64,000 bases of DNA from Brevibacillus sp. SYP-B805 (GCF_011059135.1 NZ_JAALGD010000020.1:1-64000); one strand, 5' to 3'. Positions 43,152 to 54,063 are shown, numbered from the stretch's first letter. Numbers and translations: made by a program. Notes: generated by a model from the letters alone, not told the origin.

Positions 43152-45557
43152 GTGAAGAAGAAATTCATGCTTCTCTGCATGGCAAGCCTGCTCTGCTTCA
43201 GCACGCCGGCAGGGGCTGTCCCGTTCCCGGAGAAAACAGACGAGGTTGTCCAGGACAAGGACGGATATCTGCCTGCTGATGACCACGAACATTTCGCCCA
43301 GTTTGTGAAGGAATTTCCCAATGCGTACAAACTGGTGGTGGTGGAGAGCACCCAGCCCGAAGCGCAGACAGCGGACGAATACGCGCAGAAGCTGTATGAC
43401 AATTACAATTTGAGCGACGATACCCTGATGATCGTCCTGGACATCGATACGCAGCAATTGGGGGTTTACCCGGGCCCGGCGCTGCAGCAGAAAGGCGCCA
43501 ACCTGGAGATGCTCCATGAAAAAATCACCTCCTATTACGAACCGTTTCGCAATCAAAAGGAATACATAAAAGGGATCGAACTGTTCATCTCGGAAGTAAA
43601 CGCCGAGCTTTCCCGGATGGGCAAAAAGAACGGCCCCGCCGGCAGCACGGCGGCAGCTGACCCGGCCAAAGCGCCGCAGCCGGCAGAAACCGCGGAGAAA
43701 TCGCTCTGGCTCTCCCTGCCGTGGTGGCTGTATCTGATGGGCCTCCTGTTCGCTGCCCTGCTTGCGGCGCTCCTCTATTCCTATTTCCGCCGGCGCCACG
43801 TGTTCGCGCAGGTGGATGACGTGGAGGACTGGAAAGACGAGCTGGTCGAAAAACTGCAGATGATTGAAGTGGACAAATCGCTGCGCCGCTCGTCCGGCAC
43901 GACGGAAGAACGGTACGTCGAACTGGCCAACCGCAAGGAAAACATCATGCGCATGCGCGTGCCGGATGTGGAGATGATCATTCTGGAAGCAGAGGAAGCA
44001 TGCGACCGGTTCCGTTTCCAGATGGCGCTGGGGCTGCTTGACGAAGCCCGCGAGCTGCTGACCGAGATCGAGCAGGAGATGGCCGAACTGAAGGCCGATG
44101 TGGCCAAAGTGGTGCAGACCAAGAAGGAGAACAAGGCGGTGCTGCCGGAGATCGGCAAACTGGTGGAGACCGCGGAACGGAAGCTCAGCCACGCCCGGCT
44201 GGAATACGGGCTGCCCTTTCATGAGCTGAAGGTGAAGCTGGATGACGTAGAGGCCATGCGCGGGACCGTCAAAGAGGCGCTGGCGATGGGCGACGATGTG
44301 AAGGCGCACGAGACCACGCTGAAGGCCCAAGCAATTCTGAACGGGATGCTCAGTGATCTGGAACAAATCCCCGGTTTGGTCAAAACGGTGCAAATGGAGC
44401 TGCCGGAAGAGCTGAAAGAGATGGAAGAGGGCATCGCAGCGGTGATTGACGGCGGCTACGAGTTGAGCCAGGACCAGCTCGACACCGCCATGCTGCAGGC
44501 CAAACAGCTGCTGACCGCCGCCCGCAACGCGCTGGAGGAAGGCAGCCTGGAGCTGGTGAGAACCCATGTGAAAGCATTCCGGGTTCAGATGGATGCCATG
44601 TTCCAGAGCATCGAGCAATCCGTCATGCAGCAGCGGGAATTGGCGGCGCAGGCGAAGCAGCCGGTTCAGGAGAAGGAGGGTCTTCCGATGCAGCCGGTGC
44701 AGGCGGCGATGGCTGACGAGGAAGGCGAGCCGGACGAGCTGCCGGAGCATCCGTACGAACCGGAACCGGCGGAGGAACCGGAGCAGGAGCAGAGGGTGGA
44801 ACCGTTCGACGTGCAGGAGGAATCGCGGCTGGCTATGGCGGAGGCCGCTATTGCGGGAGAAGCGGCAGCGGCCATGGATGCGCCGGGGAAGCCCAAGGAG
44901 GGGGCGGATCGGTCGGCGCTTTCCGTGGAGGAACGGGAGGAGCTGGGGATCACGGCGAAGGCGGCTCACCCCGAAGACGCGGAGCCTCGCGAGGAAGAGG
45001 AAGTCGAGTACGAATTGGTGATTCCCAAGCAGCCGGCCGCCGCGGTGGAACACGAGCAGCCCCCCCGCCAGCTGGTGGTGGAGACGGAAGACGACGTGCT
45101 GAATGAGCTGGAGCGTATCTCCGGCATTCTCATGCGAGTCCGGCAGCAAATCAAAAGAAGCTACCTGCCCGGCATCCCCGATCAATTGAAATATCTGTTC
45201 GATCGTTCCGTGCAGCTGTTGGGCCAGATCAAAGCGGCCCTGGAACAATATCGGTATGAAATGGATGAGGTGGCCGCCCTGCTGCAGGAAGCCCATGAAT
45301 TTGTCCATGAAACGGAAAAAATGGCCGAGAAAGTGATTGAAAGCTGCCAGAAGGCCGAGGGCGCGATCCAATACACCAATCGCTACCGCCGGCAAAACCG
45401 GCAGGTGAATGAACTGCTGCAAAAGGCGGAGCAGGCGTTTCGGCAGCTTGCCTTCCAGGAGGCGTACCAGATGGCGGAGGAAGCCCGTCTCCTCGTGGAG
45501 GGGGAGCGGGAGGAACCGGATGGCCGTTGGATGCTGCGCCGCAAGAAGAAGGGGTAG
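43152..45557 (+). CDS. ezrA: Septation ring formation regulator EzrA homologue with an N-terminal extracytoplasmic TPM domain (~801 aa).
   Basis: Signal-like N-terminus, then a TPM-type domain (DGYLPADDHEHFAQFVKEF...LMIVLDIDTQQLGVYPG), then a TM segment (LWLSLPWWLYLMGLLFAALLAALLY). Long coiled coils follow, ending with the EzrA QNR patch (YTNRYRRQNRQVNELL). It lies next to rpsD as in B. subtilis. Confidence 0.7.
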   Translation: MKKKFMLLCMASLLCFSTPAGAVPFPEKTDEVVQDKDGYLPADDHEHFAQFVKEFPNAYKLVVVESTQPEAQTADEYAQKLYDNYNLSDDTLMIVLDIDTQQLGVYPGPALQQKGANLEMLHEKITSYYEPFRNQKEYIKGIELFISEVNAELSRMGKKNGPAGSTAAADPAKAPQPAETAEKSLWLSLPWWLYLMGLLFAALLAALLYSYFRRRHVFAQVDDVEDWKDELVEKLQMIEVDKSLRRSSGTTEERYVELANRKENIMRMRVPDVEMIILEAEEACDRFRFQMALGLLDEARELLTEIEQEMAELKADVAKVVQTKKENKAVLPEIGKLVETAERKLSHARLEYGLPFHELKVKLDDVEAMRGTVKEALAMGDDVKAHETTLKAQAILNGMLSDLEQIPGLVKTVQMELPEELKEMEEGIAAVIDGGYELSQDQLDTAMLQAKQLLTAARNALEEGSLELVRTHVKAFRVQMDAMFQSIEQSVMQQRELAAQAKQPVQEKEGLPMQPVQAAMADEEGEPDELPEHPYEPEPAEEPEQEQRVEPFDVQEESRLAMAEAAIAGEAAAAMDAPGKPKEGADRSALSVEEREELGITAKAAHPEDAEPREEEEVEYELVIPKQPAAAVEHEQPPRQLVVETEDDVLNELERISGILMRVRQQIKRSYLPGIPDQLKYLFDRSVQLLGQIKAALEQYRYEMDEVAALLQEAHEFVHETEKMAEKVIESCQKAEGAIQYTNRYRRQNRQVNELLQKAEQAFRQLAFQEAYQMAEEARLLVEGEREEPDGRWMLRRKKKG

Positions 45558-45563
45558 ATTGCG

Positions 45564-45770
45564 ATGAAACTGGGGCTTCCGCTTTTTCTGCTGGCGGTCG
45601 GATTGATCGTGATGTGGCAGCCGCGTACACGCCGCTGGCAAAGCCGCCTGCGCGCACACCTGAAGGGGGACGAGCGGCGGATCAGGCAGCGGGCCAACAC
45701 GTTTTTTCTGCTTGGCTTCGCCTTTGTTATGGCCGCGCTGGCGCTTCTCTATCGGATCGGCACCACATAA
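45564..45770 (+). CDS. Small two-TM membrane protein (68 aa).
   Basis: GAAGGGG RBS. It has two hydrophobic helices. It immediately follows ezrA. Confidence 0.4.
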   Translation: MKLGLPLFLLAVGLIVMWQPRTRRWQSRLRAHLKGDERRIRQRANTFFLLGFAFVMAALALLYRIGTT

Positions 45771-46003
45771 GGGAAAAAATGCACCCGGCGAGCGCACTCC
45801 TTCGCCGGGTGTTGTCATAGAAAAAAGGGAGCGCCGCCAGCACAGCGCTCCAAGGGATAAAGGTGATAAAGGGAGTAGAGGTGTGAGAATCAGCAACCTA
45901 CTATATGGGGGAGTAGGGTCCTGATACACTCTTTGAAAAAAGAGCACCTACCTAAATGCTACCCGTTTCCGAAAAGATCAAACCTCTTTTTCGAAAAAAA
46001 TGT

Positions 46004-47296
46004 TCAGCTGTCCGCTGCCGACCGGGACAACGCCGCCTGCGCGCCGTGAAGCCCGGCGACATGACCGGTGGAGAAGGCGATGGTGATGTTGTACCCGCCC
46101 GTGTGCGCATGCACGTCCATCACTTCACCGGCAAAAAAGAGGCCGGGCATCCGTTTGGACTGCATGGTGCGGGGATCGATCTCTTTGACATGTACCCCGC
46201 CCCCTGTGATGAACGCTTCCTCCAGCGAGAGCGTGCCGGTAATGGTGAGGGGGAATGCCTTGGAGAAGGCAGCAAGCGACTGCCATTTCTGTTTGGGGAC
46301 GTGGCTCGCCGTTGTCTCCTCGGCTATTCCGGCCATGGTCAGCAGCAGCGGGATCAGCCGTTCCGGAAAGAAGCCCTTCAGCACGTTTTTCACCGTCTTC
46401 TTCGGTTGGGACGCCAACAGGTCCCAGCTCTCCCGGAAAATCTCGTCCACCGGCCGCAGCGGCATGAGGTCAATCGTCAGGCGCAGCGGCTGTTTGCCGT
46501 ATTTGCGCTGCGCCACCGAGACATAATGTCCCATGCGCAGGGCGGCCGGACCGGAAATGCCGAAATGGGTAAAAATCATGTCGCCTTCCTGCGTGCTGAT
46601 TTTTTTGCCGTCGGGAGCGTGGAGCGTCAGCGCAACCTCGCGCAGGGAGAGGCCCATGAGGGATTTGTCGCGGATGAAGGGGTCGCTTGCGGTAAGCGGC
46701 ACCTCCGTCGGGTAGAGATCGGTGATCGTGTGGCCGGCCTCTCTGGCCCATTGATAGCCGTCGCCGGTGGAGCCCGTCTGCGGGACGGAACAGCCGCCGA
46801 CCGCGATCACCACACAGGGGGCCGACAGCTCTTCGCCGCTCTTCAACCGGACGCCCCGGCAGCCGCCTTCCCCGTACAGCACGCGCTCCACCGGACTGTT
46901 CAGCCGTATCTCGACTCCCTGCTCCTTCAACCTGCCAATCAGGGCGTTGGCGACGGTGATCGCCTTATCCGTGACGGGAAACATCCGTCCGCGATCCTCT
47001 TCCTTCAGGGCGACGCCGAGGCCGGTAAAAAAGTCGATGATATCCCGGTTGCTGAACTGCGTCAAGGCGCTGTACAGGAAGCGGCCGTTGCCGGGCATCT
47101 CCTTGATCAGCTCGTTCAGCTCCTTGGCATTGGTCACATTGCAGCGGCCGCCGCCCGAGATGATCAGCTTGCGCCCCAATTTTCCTCCTTTTTCCACCAG
47201 GCAGACGCGGGCCCCCTGGGCGGATGCGGCGATGGCGGCCATCAAGCCGGCCGGGCCGCCGCCGATGACGATGACATCAAACTGTCTCTGTTCCAT
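46004..47296 (-). CDS. HI0933/aminoacetone-oxidase-family FAD-dependent flavoprotein.
   Basis: MEQRQFDVIVIGGGPAGLMAAIAA...GGGRCNVTN is the Rossmann plus HI0933 signature. Confidence 0.8.
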   Translation of the reverse strand: MEQRQFDVIVIGGGPAGLMAAIAASAQGARVCLVEKGGKLGRKLIISGGGRCNVTNAKELNELIKEMPGNGRFLYSALTQFSNRDIIDFFTGLGVALKEEDRGRMFPVTDKAITVANALIGRLKEQGVEIRLNSPVERVLYGEGGCRGVRLKSGEELSAPCVVIAVGGCSVPQTGSTGDGYQWAREAGHTITDLYPTEVPLTASDPFIRDKSLMGLSLREVALTLHAPDGKKISTQEGDMIFTHFGISGPAALRMGHYVSVAQRKYGKQPLRLTIDLMPLRPVDEIFRESWDLLASQPKKTVKNVLKGFFPERLIPLLLTMAGIAEETTASHVPKQKWQSLAAFSKAFPLTITGTLSLEEAFITGGGVHVKEIDPRTMQSKRMPGLFFAGEVMDVHAHTGGYNITIAFSTGHVAGLHGAQAALSRSAADS

Positions 47297-47374
47297 CTGA
47301 GTTCCGTCCTTTGCCAGTAAGATCATCCCATCTATCATAGCGGAAAATGGAGCGCGATGCCATGCAGCGAACGC

Positions 47375-48481
47375 TCACCGATACGTCTCGCTTGCCAGCG
47401 TACACGCATCGAGCCGCCGCCGGTCGACGCGATACCCGATGCCGGGGGACTCCGGTACTTGAATGAACCCGTTTTCCACCGTTACTTCCGGTTCGATGAT
47501 GTCGGCGTGCCAGTACCGGTTGGAACCGGATGTATCGCCGGGCAGCACAAAGCCGGGCAGGGTGGTGATCGCGATATTGTGGGCGCGGCCGATGCCCGAT
47601 TCCAGCATGCCGCCGCACCAGACCGGCACATTCCGGGAGGCGCACAGCTCCTGGATTTGCTTGGACAGGCTCAGGCCGCCCACGCGTCCCACCTTGATGT
47701 TGATGATCCGGCAGCTTCCCAGATCGAGGGCCTTGCGGGCATCTTCCACCGTATGGATGCTCTCGTCCAGGCAGAGCGGGGTTTCCAGCTGGCGCTGCAG
47801 CGTTGCATGATCCACGATATCGTCGTGGGCAAGCGGCTGCTCGATCATCATCAGGTGAAACGCATCCAGCTTCTTCAGGTGCTCCGCATCCTTCAGGGTA
47901 TAGGCCGAATTGGCGTCCGCCATCAGCGGAATGTCGCCAAACTCCCGGCGGATCGCAGCGATCACGTCAACATCGAAGCCGGGCATGATCTTCACTTTTA
48001 TCCGCTGGTACCCTTCGGCGAGGAAGCGCTCCACCTGCTGCAGCATGCCGGTGATATCCGGCTGGATGCCGATGCTGACCCCCACCGGGATCCGTTCCTT
48101 GACGCCGCCCAGCGCCCGGGCAAGGGAGAGACCCTCCCGTTTGGCGTACAGGTCCCAGATGGCCCCCTCCATCGCCGCCTTGGCCATCATGTTGCGCCGA
48201 ATGGGGGCAAACAGCTCCACGCACTCGTCCGGATGCGCGAACGTATTGTTCAGCACCAGCGGTATCAGGTAATCGCGCAGCAGATGGTGGTTGCTTTTCA
48301 AGGTTTCTTCGTTGTAGTAAGGGTCGGTCATCGCCGTGGACTCGCCGTAGCCGACGACCCCGTCCTCGTCGTATGCTTCCACCAGCAGGAATTCCTTCTC
48401 GGTCGTCGTGCCAAAGCTTGTCTTGAACGGCGCCTTCAGCTTCATGCCGACATGGCGCAGGACAACGCGTGCGATCTTCAT
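47375..48481 (-). CDS. Enolase-superfamily o-succinylbenzoate synthase / N-succinylamino acid racemase (MenC/NSAR subgroup).
   Basis: KxK general base (RIKVKIMPG), metal ligands (DANSAY, EQP, LDES) and the second Lys ([10 protein letters not shown]) follow the OSBS/NSAR pattern. Confidence 0.75.
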   Translation of the reverse strand: MKIARVVLRHVGMKLKAPFKTSFGTTTEKEFLLVEAYDEDGVVGYGESTAMTDPYYNEETLKSNHHLLRDYLIPLVLNNTFAHPDECVELFAPIRRNMMAKAAMEGAIWDLYAKREGLSLARALGGVKERIPVGVSIGIQPDITGMLQQVERFLAEGYQRIKVKIMPGFDVDVIAAIRREFGDIPLMADANSAYTLKDAEHLKKLDAFHLMMIEQPLAHDDIVDHATLQRQLETPLCLDESIHTVEDARKALDLGSCRIINIKVGRVGGLSLSKQIQELCASRNVPVWCGGMLESGIGRAHNIAITTLPGFVLPGDTSGSNRYWHADIIEPEVTVENGFIQVPESPGIGYRVDRRRLDACTLASETYR

Positions 48482-49302
48482 GACAGGTCAGCTCCTTTTT
48501 GCAAGAGGTAGCATACAAGCGGTTCCGCATCGCTTCGCATCACGTCCACCACCGCATAGCCGCAGGCAAAATAATGGAGGAAAAGCTCGCGGGTGACGGT
48601 GCGCCATGCGGCAGCGGCCCCCATGTCGGCCTTTTTCAAATGCTGGAAGTGGGCGGGGACGGGAAGCAGCAGCATCTCTTCCCCGGCATTCAGGCGATGG
48701 GCAGCCGGTCGCGGATGGCCGTCAGGGCCGATCTTGCAGGTGAGTACCCGGGGAATGCCGTCCGTGGGGATTTGGCGCCGCTGTTGATTTGCGTGCCGCT
48801 CCGCCACCCGCCGGCTGGTCAGCAGCCATTCCACCAGGAAGCGGTCGGTCGGCAGCCCTTTGTTCATGTCATCGTTCAATTCCCCGTAGCAGTTGGGCAG
48901 ATACTGCCTGACAATTCCCCCCAGCTTGGCGATATTGAGCGTCGCATTAACCGTTTCCAACGGATCGTAGGTCCAGGTGATGCGGGTATGCCCCATGCGC
49001 AGGGCCTCTTCCCGCTGCAGCCATTTCATCTGCACACCCAACCCGCGTTTGCGGTAAGCCGGCAGGAATCCGAGCATATGGGAGCAGAGATGGGGCTTTC
49101 CGTCGGTAAAGCCGGGAAAGCTGTAGAGAAAGCCGATCATCTCGTCGCCGTCAAACGCGCCGAGAAACAGTCCCCCGAATTTGCTCACCGTCAGCGTCAT
49201 GTGCAGGGGGATCACCGAATCTTTGCTCCATACCGCCGCTTCGAGGCGTTCCAGGTCGTGCAGTTCATGTTTCTCCGTCAATTTGCGAAAAGTGATGCTC
49301 AT
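48478..49302 (-). CDS. GNAT-family acyltransferase (274 aa), translationally coupled to the NSAR/OSBS gene.
   Basis: An acyl-CoA binding motif region ([11 protein letters not shown]) lies within a GNAT fold. Its stop overlaps the NSAR start (ATGA). Confidence 0.65.
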   Translation of the reverse strand: MSITFRKLTEKHELHDLERLEAAVWSKDSVIPLHMTLTVSKFGGLFLGAFDGDEMIGFLYSFPGFTDGKPHLCSHMLGFLPAYRKRGLGVQMKWLQREEALRMGHTRITWTYDPLETVNATLNIAKLGGIVRQYLPNCYGELNDDMNKGLPTDRFLVEWLLTSRRVAERHANQQRRQIPTDGIPRVLTCKIGPDGHPRPAAHRLNAGEEMLLLPVPAHFQHLKKADMGAAAAWRTVTRELFLHYFACGYAVVDVMRSDAEPLVCYLLQKGADLS

Positions 49303-49462
49303 GCGGGCGGGTCACCTCACCGGAAAAGGTACGAATATAGCTACTATTCTGTGGATTGCGCCGCCGTCTGTCAAGGGAAACGGTTGCAAACGGCCTGCGC
49401 CCTGAACGATAATAGAAAAGAATTTGTGGCAGCGTGAAGCGTACATCCAAGGAGGAAGCAGC

Positions 49463-50539
49463 ATGTCCGATACCTTTCAACTGGAGCTGTGGAAAAAGCT
49501 GACGGAAGCGCCCGGAGCGCCCGGCTTTGAAGGGCCGGTGCGGCAGATCATGCGGGAGTATATCACCCGGTATACCGATGAGATCGTGCATGACCGGCTG
49601 GGCAGCATTTTTGGCGTGAAGCGGGGGAACGAGCAGGGGCCCCGGATCATGGTGGCAGGCCATATGGACGAAGTCGGCTTCATGGTGACCCGCATCTCCG
49701 ACAAAGGCTTCCTCTCCTTCCAGACCCTCGGCGGCTGGTGGGGGCAGGTGCTGCTGGCCCAGCGCGTTCAGGTGATGACCGACGCAGGGCCGATCGAGGG
49801 CGTGATCGGCTCCATTCCGCCCCACTCCCTCAGCGAGGAACAGCGGAACAAGCCGATGGACATCAAGAACATGTATATCGACATCGGCGCCGATTCCAGG
49901 GAGGAGGCGGAAAAGCTGGGCGTTCGCCCCGGCCAGCCGATCGTGCCCGTCTCTCCGTTTACGGTGATGGCCAATGGGAAAAAGCTGATGGCCAAAGCGT
50001 GGGACAATCGCTACGGCTGCGCGCTGGCGGTCGAATTGCTGAAAGAGCTGAACGAGCATCCCGACCATCCCAATGTGGTATACGCCGGCGCCACCGTGCT
50101 GGAAGAGGTGGGAGCGCGGGGGGCCAAAACGTCCGCCCATCTGATCGATCCCGATCTGTTCTTCGCGCTGGATACCAGTCCGGCGGGCGATGTGCCGGGG
50201 TCCAAAGAGACGTTTGGACGCTTGGGAGGCGGCCTGCTGATGCGCATTTTCGACCCCACGCTGATCATGATGCCGGGGCTGCGCGATTTTCTGATCGATC
50301 TGTGCGAGAAGGAGAACATTCCCTACCAGTTTTTTGTAGCCAGAGGAGGAACGGATGCGGGGCAGGCGCATTTGCACGGCAAAGGGGTTCCGGCGGCGGT
50401 TATCGGCATCCCCGCCCGGTATATCCACAGCCATGCGGCCATCATTCATCGCGATGACTATGAAGCGGCCAAACGCCTGCTGATTGCGGCCGTCAAGCGG
50501 TTGGACCGCTCCGCCCTGGCAGCCATCATGGCGCGATGA
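49463..50539 (+). CDS. M42-family glutamyl aminopeptidase (YsdC/FrvX/CelM-like).
   Basis: ...[14 protein letters not shown]...AWDNRYGCA...EEVGARGA... AAGGAGG RBS. Confidence 0.8.
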   Translation: MSDTFQLELWKKLTEAPGAPGFEGPVRQIMREYITRYTDEIVHDRLGSIFGVKRGNEQGPRIMVAGHMDEVGFMVTRISDKGFLSFQTLGGWWGQVLLAQRVQVMTDAGPIEGVIGSIPPHSLSEEQRNKPMDIKNMYIDIGADSREEAEKLGVRPGQPIVPVSPFTVMANGKKLMAKAWDNRYGCALAVELLKELNEHPDHPNVVYAGATVLEEVGARGAKTSAHLIDPDLFFALDTSPAGDVPGSKETFGRLGGGLLMRIFDPTLIMMPGLRDFLIDLCEKENIPYQFFVARGGTDAGQAHLHGKGVPAAVIGIPARYIHSHAAIIHRDDYEAAKRLLIAAVKRLDRSALAAIMAR

Positions 50540-50554
50540 AAGGAGGGGGACCGG

Positions 50555-51067
50555 ATGCAGCGCATCGTCTTTTACCGGCATGAGAAGGACGGGGAGGCTT
50601 TCTACGAATACAACTTCTATGATCATCAGTTTGCCCCGACCAATCTGGTGGTGCGGAAAATCCTGATGGCGATGCTGGAGTCCGTGAGGGAGCAGCTCAC
50701 CCATCTGGAAGTGGAATACAACGACAAGATGCTGGCAGACAAACTGGGGAAACGCGCCGGCGAGCTGCTGCGCTTCCTCGGAGCTGCAAGGGAGAATCTG
50801 CAGGAAAACAGGAGCGGCGATGTGGTCGTCAGCCGGCAGTTTCGCGCGGAGCTGACCCCGGAGCGCTACGATTACTTCTATCAGATGAAAGACGTCTCCG
50901 AGCTCTCCCATTATCGGCTGCTGGCCGGGGAGCGGGAGCGAATCGTGTTTTACTTTAACCGCTATCTGCTGCTGCAGCTTCCCATCGGGGACGAAGAACG
51001 CTTTTATGCGGCGCTGACGGAACGGCAGGTGCCCTACAAGATCGAGGCCGTCAGCCCCCCGATATAA
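50555..51067 (+). CDS. Hypothetical protein (170 aa).
   Basis: GGAGGGGG RBS. I recognise no domain. Confidence 0.4.
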   Translation: MQRIVFYRHEKDGEAFYEYNFYDHQFAPTNLVVRKILMAMLESVREQLTHLEVEYNDKMLADKLGKRAGELLRFLGAARENLQENRSGDVVVSRQFRAELTPERYDYFYQMKDVSELSHYRLLAGERERIVFYFNRYLLLQLPIGDEERFYAALTERQVPYKIEAVSPPI

Positions 51068-51126
51068 GAATCAATGCCCCTCAACCAGACAGCAAGGCTG
51101 CCGGGTGAGGGGCGGTTTTCTTACGC

Positions 51127-52518
51127 TTAGACGCGGTGGGTGGCCGCCTGCTGGAGCGGCTCCACCGACCTTTCGTCGATCCGCTCCAGCAGCAGGTCAT
51201 CCACACGGGTGATTTGATGGGCATGGAAAAAGGTTTCTTCCGTCACGCTCTGCATGAAGGCTTCCACCACCTGCGGGCAGAACTGGGTCCCGGCATGGGT
51301 CTGAATCTCCAGGCAGGCTTTGGAAAAGGAGAGTCCCCGCCGGTAGGCCCGATTGGACGTCATGGCGTCAAAGGAGTCGGCTACAGCCGCGATGCGGGCG
51401 ATGAGCGGAATCTCTTCCCCAGCCAGCCGGTCCGGGTAACCGCGGCCATCGAAGCGCTCATGGTGGGAGCGCGTGATGGTCAGGATGGCGTTCACCTTGT
51501 CGCGGTCATGTCGGTCGGTCTGGGCGTACAGCTTCTTCAGCAGCGCTTCGCCGCGCACCGGATGGCTCTTGATGCCTTCGTATTCGTCCGGCGTCAGCTT
51601 GCCGGGTTTCATCAGGATGCTGTCACCGATCCCGATTTTGCCGATGTCGTGGAGGAGTCCGCCTGTATAGATGGTATCCAGCATCTCCTCGGAGAAGCCC
51701 ATCTTTTGGGCGATGACGCGCATATAGTAGGCGACCCGCTGGGAATGGCCCGATGTGTAGGCATCGCGTTCTTCCAGCGCCACGGCAAGCGTTTTCAAGA
51801 TACTCTGGTTGGTTTGCGCCAGCTGTTGGCTGACATGCTCCTTGTAGCGGAGGTCCCGTTCTTTCCGGAGCGCTACCCAGTAGAGAATGCCGGTGATGAT
51901 ATAGCTGCCCAGGACGAGCAGGATCAGCAGATACTTGATTTTGCTGAAAGGACGGTAAAAATTCTCTTCATAGGTGGAAATGCCTACATACCAGTCCCAG
52001 GCGGGGAAATAACGGATGATCGACAGTTTCGGACGCGGTTGAGCGTCCGTCGGATTTTGCCATTCATAAAAAAGCGTTTGATTCGGCTGGCTGATCATCT
52101 CCTGGACGATATACCGGCCTTCTGCGTTTTGGTAGTGGTATAGATTTTTCCCTTCCAGCTCCGGATGCATCACCAGATTCCCTTTGGAATCGAGAATGAA
52201 TAGATAATCGCCGGGGCCGAGCGTCAGGTCAACCGCCGAGAGATCCCTGGTGCCGTTGCTCTTCATCGGTCCGGAAAGAAGCTCCTTGATCCGGTTCATC
52301 GCCTCTTCCGCGTTGAGGTGTCCGGCTTTTACCGCATGATGATAGATCGAGATCAGATGGAACACCGCGTTCATCTGCCGGTCCAGGTCGCGGATGCCTG
52401 CTTCCCGGTACTGCTGCTTTGCTTGGGAATAGCCGATATAGATAATCCCTGTGAAGAGGATGGGTAGCAGAATCAGAAACAGCGTATAGGTGAAGGATTT
52501 TGTCGTTTTTTGTGGCAA
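51127..52518 (-). CDS. HD-GYP c-di-GMP phosphodiesterase with an N-terminal membrane-anchored Cache-like sensor (463 aa).
   Basis: HD-GYP region ...GGLLHDIGKIGIGDSILMKPGKLTPDEYEGIKSHPVRG.... The N-terminus has two TM segments flanking a ~150-aa periplasmic domain. TTG start. Confidence 0.75.
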   Translation of the reverse strand: MPQKTTKSFTYTLFLILLPILFTGIIYIGYSQAKQQYREAGIRDLDRQMNAVFHLISIYHHAVKAGHLNAEEAMNRIKELLSGPMKSNGTRDLSAVDLTLGPGDYLFILDSKGNLVMHPELEGKNLYHYQNAEGRYIVQEMISQPNQTLFYEWQNPTDAQPRPKLSIIRYFPAWDWYVGISTYEENFYRPFSKIKYLLILLVLGSYIITGILYWVALRKERDLRYKEHVSQQLAQTNQSILKTLAVALEERDAYTSGHSQRVAYYMRVIAQKMGFSEEMLDTIYTGGLLHDIGKIGIGDSILMKPGKLTPDEYEGIKSHPVRGEALLKKLYAQTDRHDRDKVNAILTITRSHHERFDGRGYPDRLAGEEIPLIARIAAVADSFDAMTSNRAYRRGLSFSKACLEIQTHAGTQFCPQVVEAFMQSVTEETFFHAHQITRVDDLLLERIDERSVEPLQQAATHRV

Positions 52519-52809
52519 GGCGCGACGTCCTTTCAGCTATTGATGAATGCTTGTTTTCATAATAGGCGAAATTTCCTGATCGTTCAACTCCTCTCCCCTT
52601 TATTCCCATAACTTTTTCGCAATAGGAAATATTTCGACATAATATGGCGGAGGAAGGGAGCCTTCCGTCCGATCAGGTGGAAGGCCGATTGGGACCTTCC
52701 AGCTTTTTATCGCCGTATCCCGGCCGGTCATCCTGCGCGGCGGCCGGCTGCCTGTTTTTCCCGGGATGGGGATGCCGTATGCGCGGATTCATGGTTGTAC
52801 GCTGATCAC

Positions 52810-54063
52810 TCATTTGCTTTTCTCCTTTCGTGCCAGTATCAAAGGGGATGGTGACGCGGGGTTGCCGCGCCGATGACGGGCCATCGCGTAGATGGCAAAC
52901 AGGCCGAGCATGGACGCAAACAGGATGGTGACGAACCCATAGACGAACCAGGGGGCGGGACTCGCCACTCCCCCCAACCGCTCCACCATGCTGCCGCCGA
53001 TGCTGGTGCCGACGGCCGCACCGATGCCGGAAACGAAGTTGGAGATGCCGAAATAGATGCCGAGCAGCTCTTCGCGGGCGAAATACCCTACCAAACTGTC
53101 CAGCACAGGCATGAACAGCATCTCGCCGACAATAAACAGGATGGAGGAGGCGCACAAGGTGAGGAAGCGGTCGGCCCAGCCGAGACAGAAAAGTCCCAGG
53201 CCCAGCAGGAAGGTCCCCGCCACCAGCGACAAATACGGATTGATCCGCTCGAGGACGAAACGGGAGATGGGTCCCTGCAGCAGCACGACGCTGACCGAGT
53301 TGAAGGTCCAGATCAGGCCGACGAGCTTGTCCGTCTCCAGAACATGGCCCGCCCGCAGCGGCATGACCAGCCCGAACTGGGCATACAGGGCCCAGATGAG
53401 CATGGTGATGGCCGAGAAGAGGAGAAAGCTCCTGTGGGACAACAGCTGCTTGTATTCCACAAGCGATACCGATTGGCACTCGCTTCCCCGGCAGCGGTCG
53501 TTCGGCAGGCCGAACAGGGCGACGGTTGCAAGCAGGAGAAAAAAGGCGGCGGCGATAGTAAAGAGCCGCTGGCGGGCGATGGCGAGCCAGGAGACGAGAA
53601 GCCCCGCGATAATGATGCCGCTGTGGGCGATGATGCCCCGCCAGGAGAATGCCTTGGTCCGGACATCCGCGTCCACGGCATCCGCGATCATCGCTTTGAG
53701 GGTCGGCGCCAGCAGCCCGATCCCCAGCCCGTTGACGGCAGCAAAGACCAGATAGAGGCCGTATGTGGAACTGGTGGCATATCCGACCATCCCCACGCCC
53801 TGGGTCAAGGCTCCCGCGATCAGCACGTTTCGTTTCCCCAACCGGTCGGCCAGCACGCCGCCAAGGAGGCTTCCGCCCTGATACGCGATGCTGCTCATCC
53901 CGAGGATGATGCCCACCTGACCGATGGAGAACAGCCGGGTATTCTGCAGGAAAATGGGAAAGATCGGAATCACCAGATAGGAAGCGAGGTGCATGAGAAA
54001 AACGACGGCAAGCAGATACAGGTAGATCCGGTTCTTGAACAGGGCCGAGGCCGCTTCACGCAT
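52810..54063 (-). CDS. MFS transporter (417 aa).
   Basis: 12-TM topology with the MFS motif around GVLADRLGKR. Confidence 0.75.
   Translation of the reverse strand: MREAASALFKNRIYLYLLAVVFLMHLASYLVIPIFPIFLQNTRLFSIGQVGIILGMSSIAYQGGSLLGGVLADRLGKRNVLIAGALTQGVGMVGYATSSTYGLYLVFAAVNGLGIGLLAPTLKAMIADAVDADVRTKAFSWRGIIAHSGIIIAGLLVSWLAIARQRLFTIAAAFFLLLATVALFGLPNDRCRGSECQSVSLVEYKQLLSHRSFLLFSAITMLIWALYAQFGLVMPLRAGHVLETDKLVGLIWTFNSVSVVLLQGPISRFVLERINPYLSLVAGTFLLGLGLFCLGWADRFLTLCASSILFIVGEMLFMPVLDSLVGYFAREELLGIYFGISNFVSGIGAAVGTSIGGSMVERLGGVASPAPWFVYGFVTILFASMLGLFAIYAMARHRRGNPASPSPLILARKEKSK

Noticed and set aside
43029-45947. 972-aa minus-strand ORF, the longest in the window.
   Set aside because: It is antisense to the EzrA-like gene. 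The translation is low complexity and Arg/Leu/His-rich, with no RBS or recognisable domain. The plus-strand gene has the EzrA QNR motif and coiled coils. It is a GC-driven spurious ORF.
45956-47320. 454-aa plus-strand ORF.
   Set aside because: It is antisense to the HI0933 flavoprotein gene, which has the canonical GxGxxG N-terminus.
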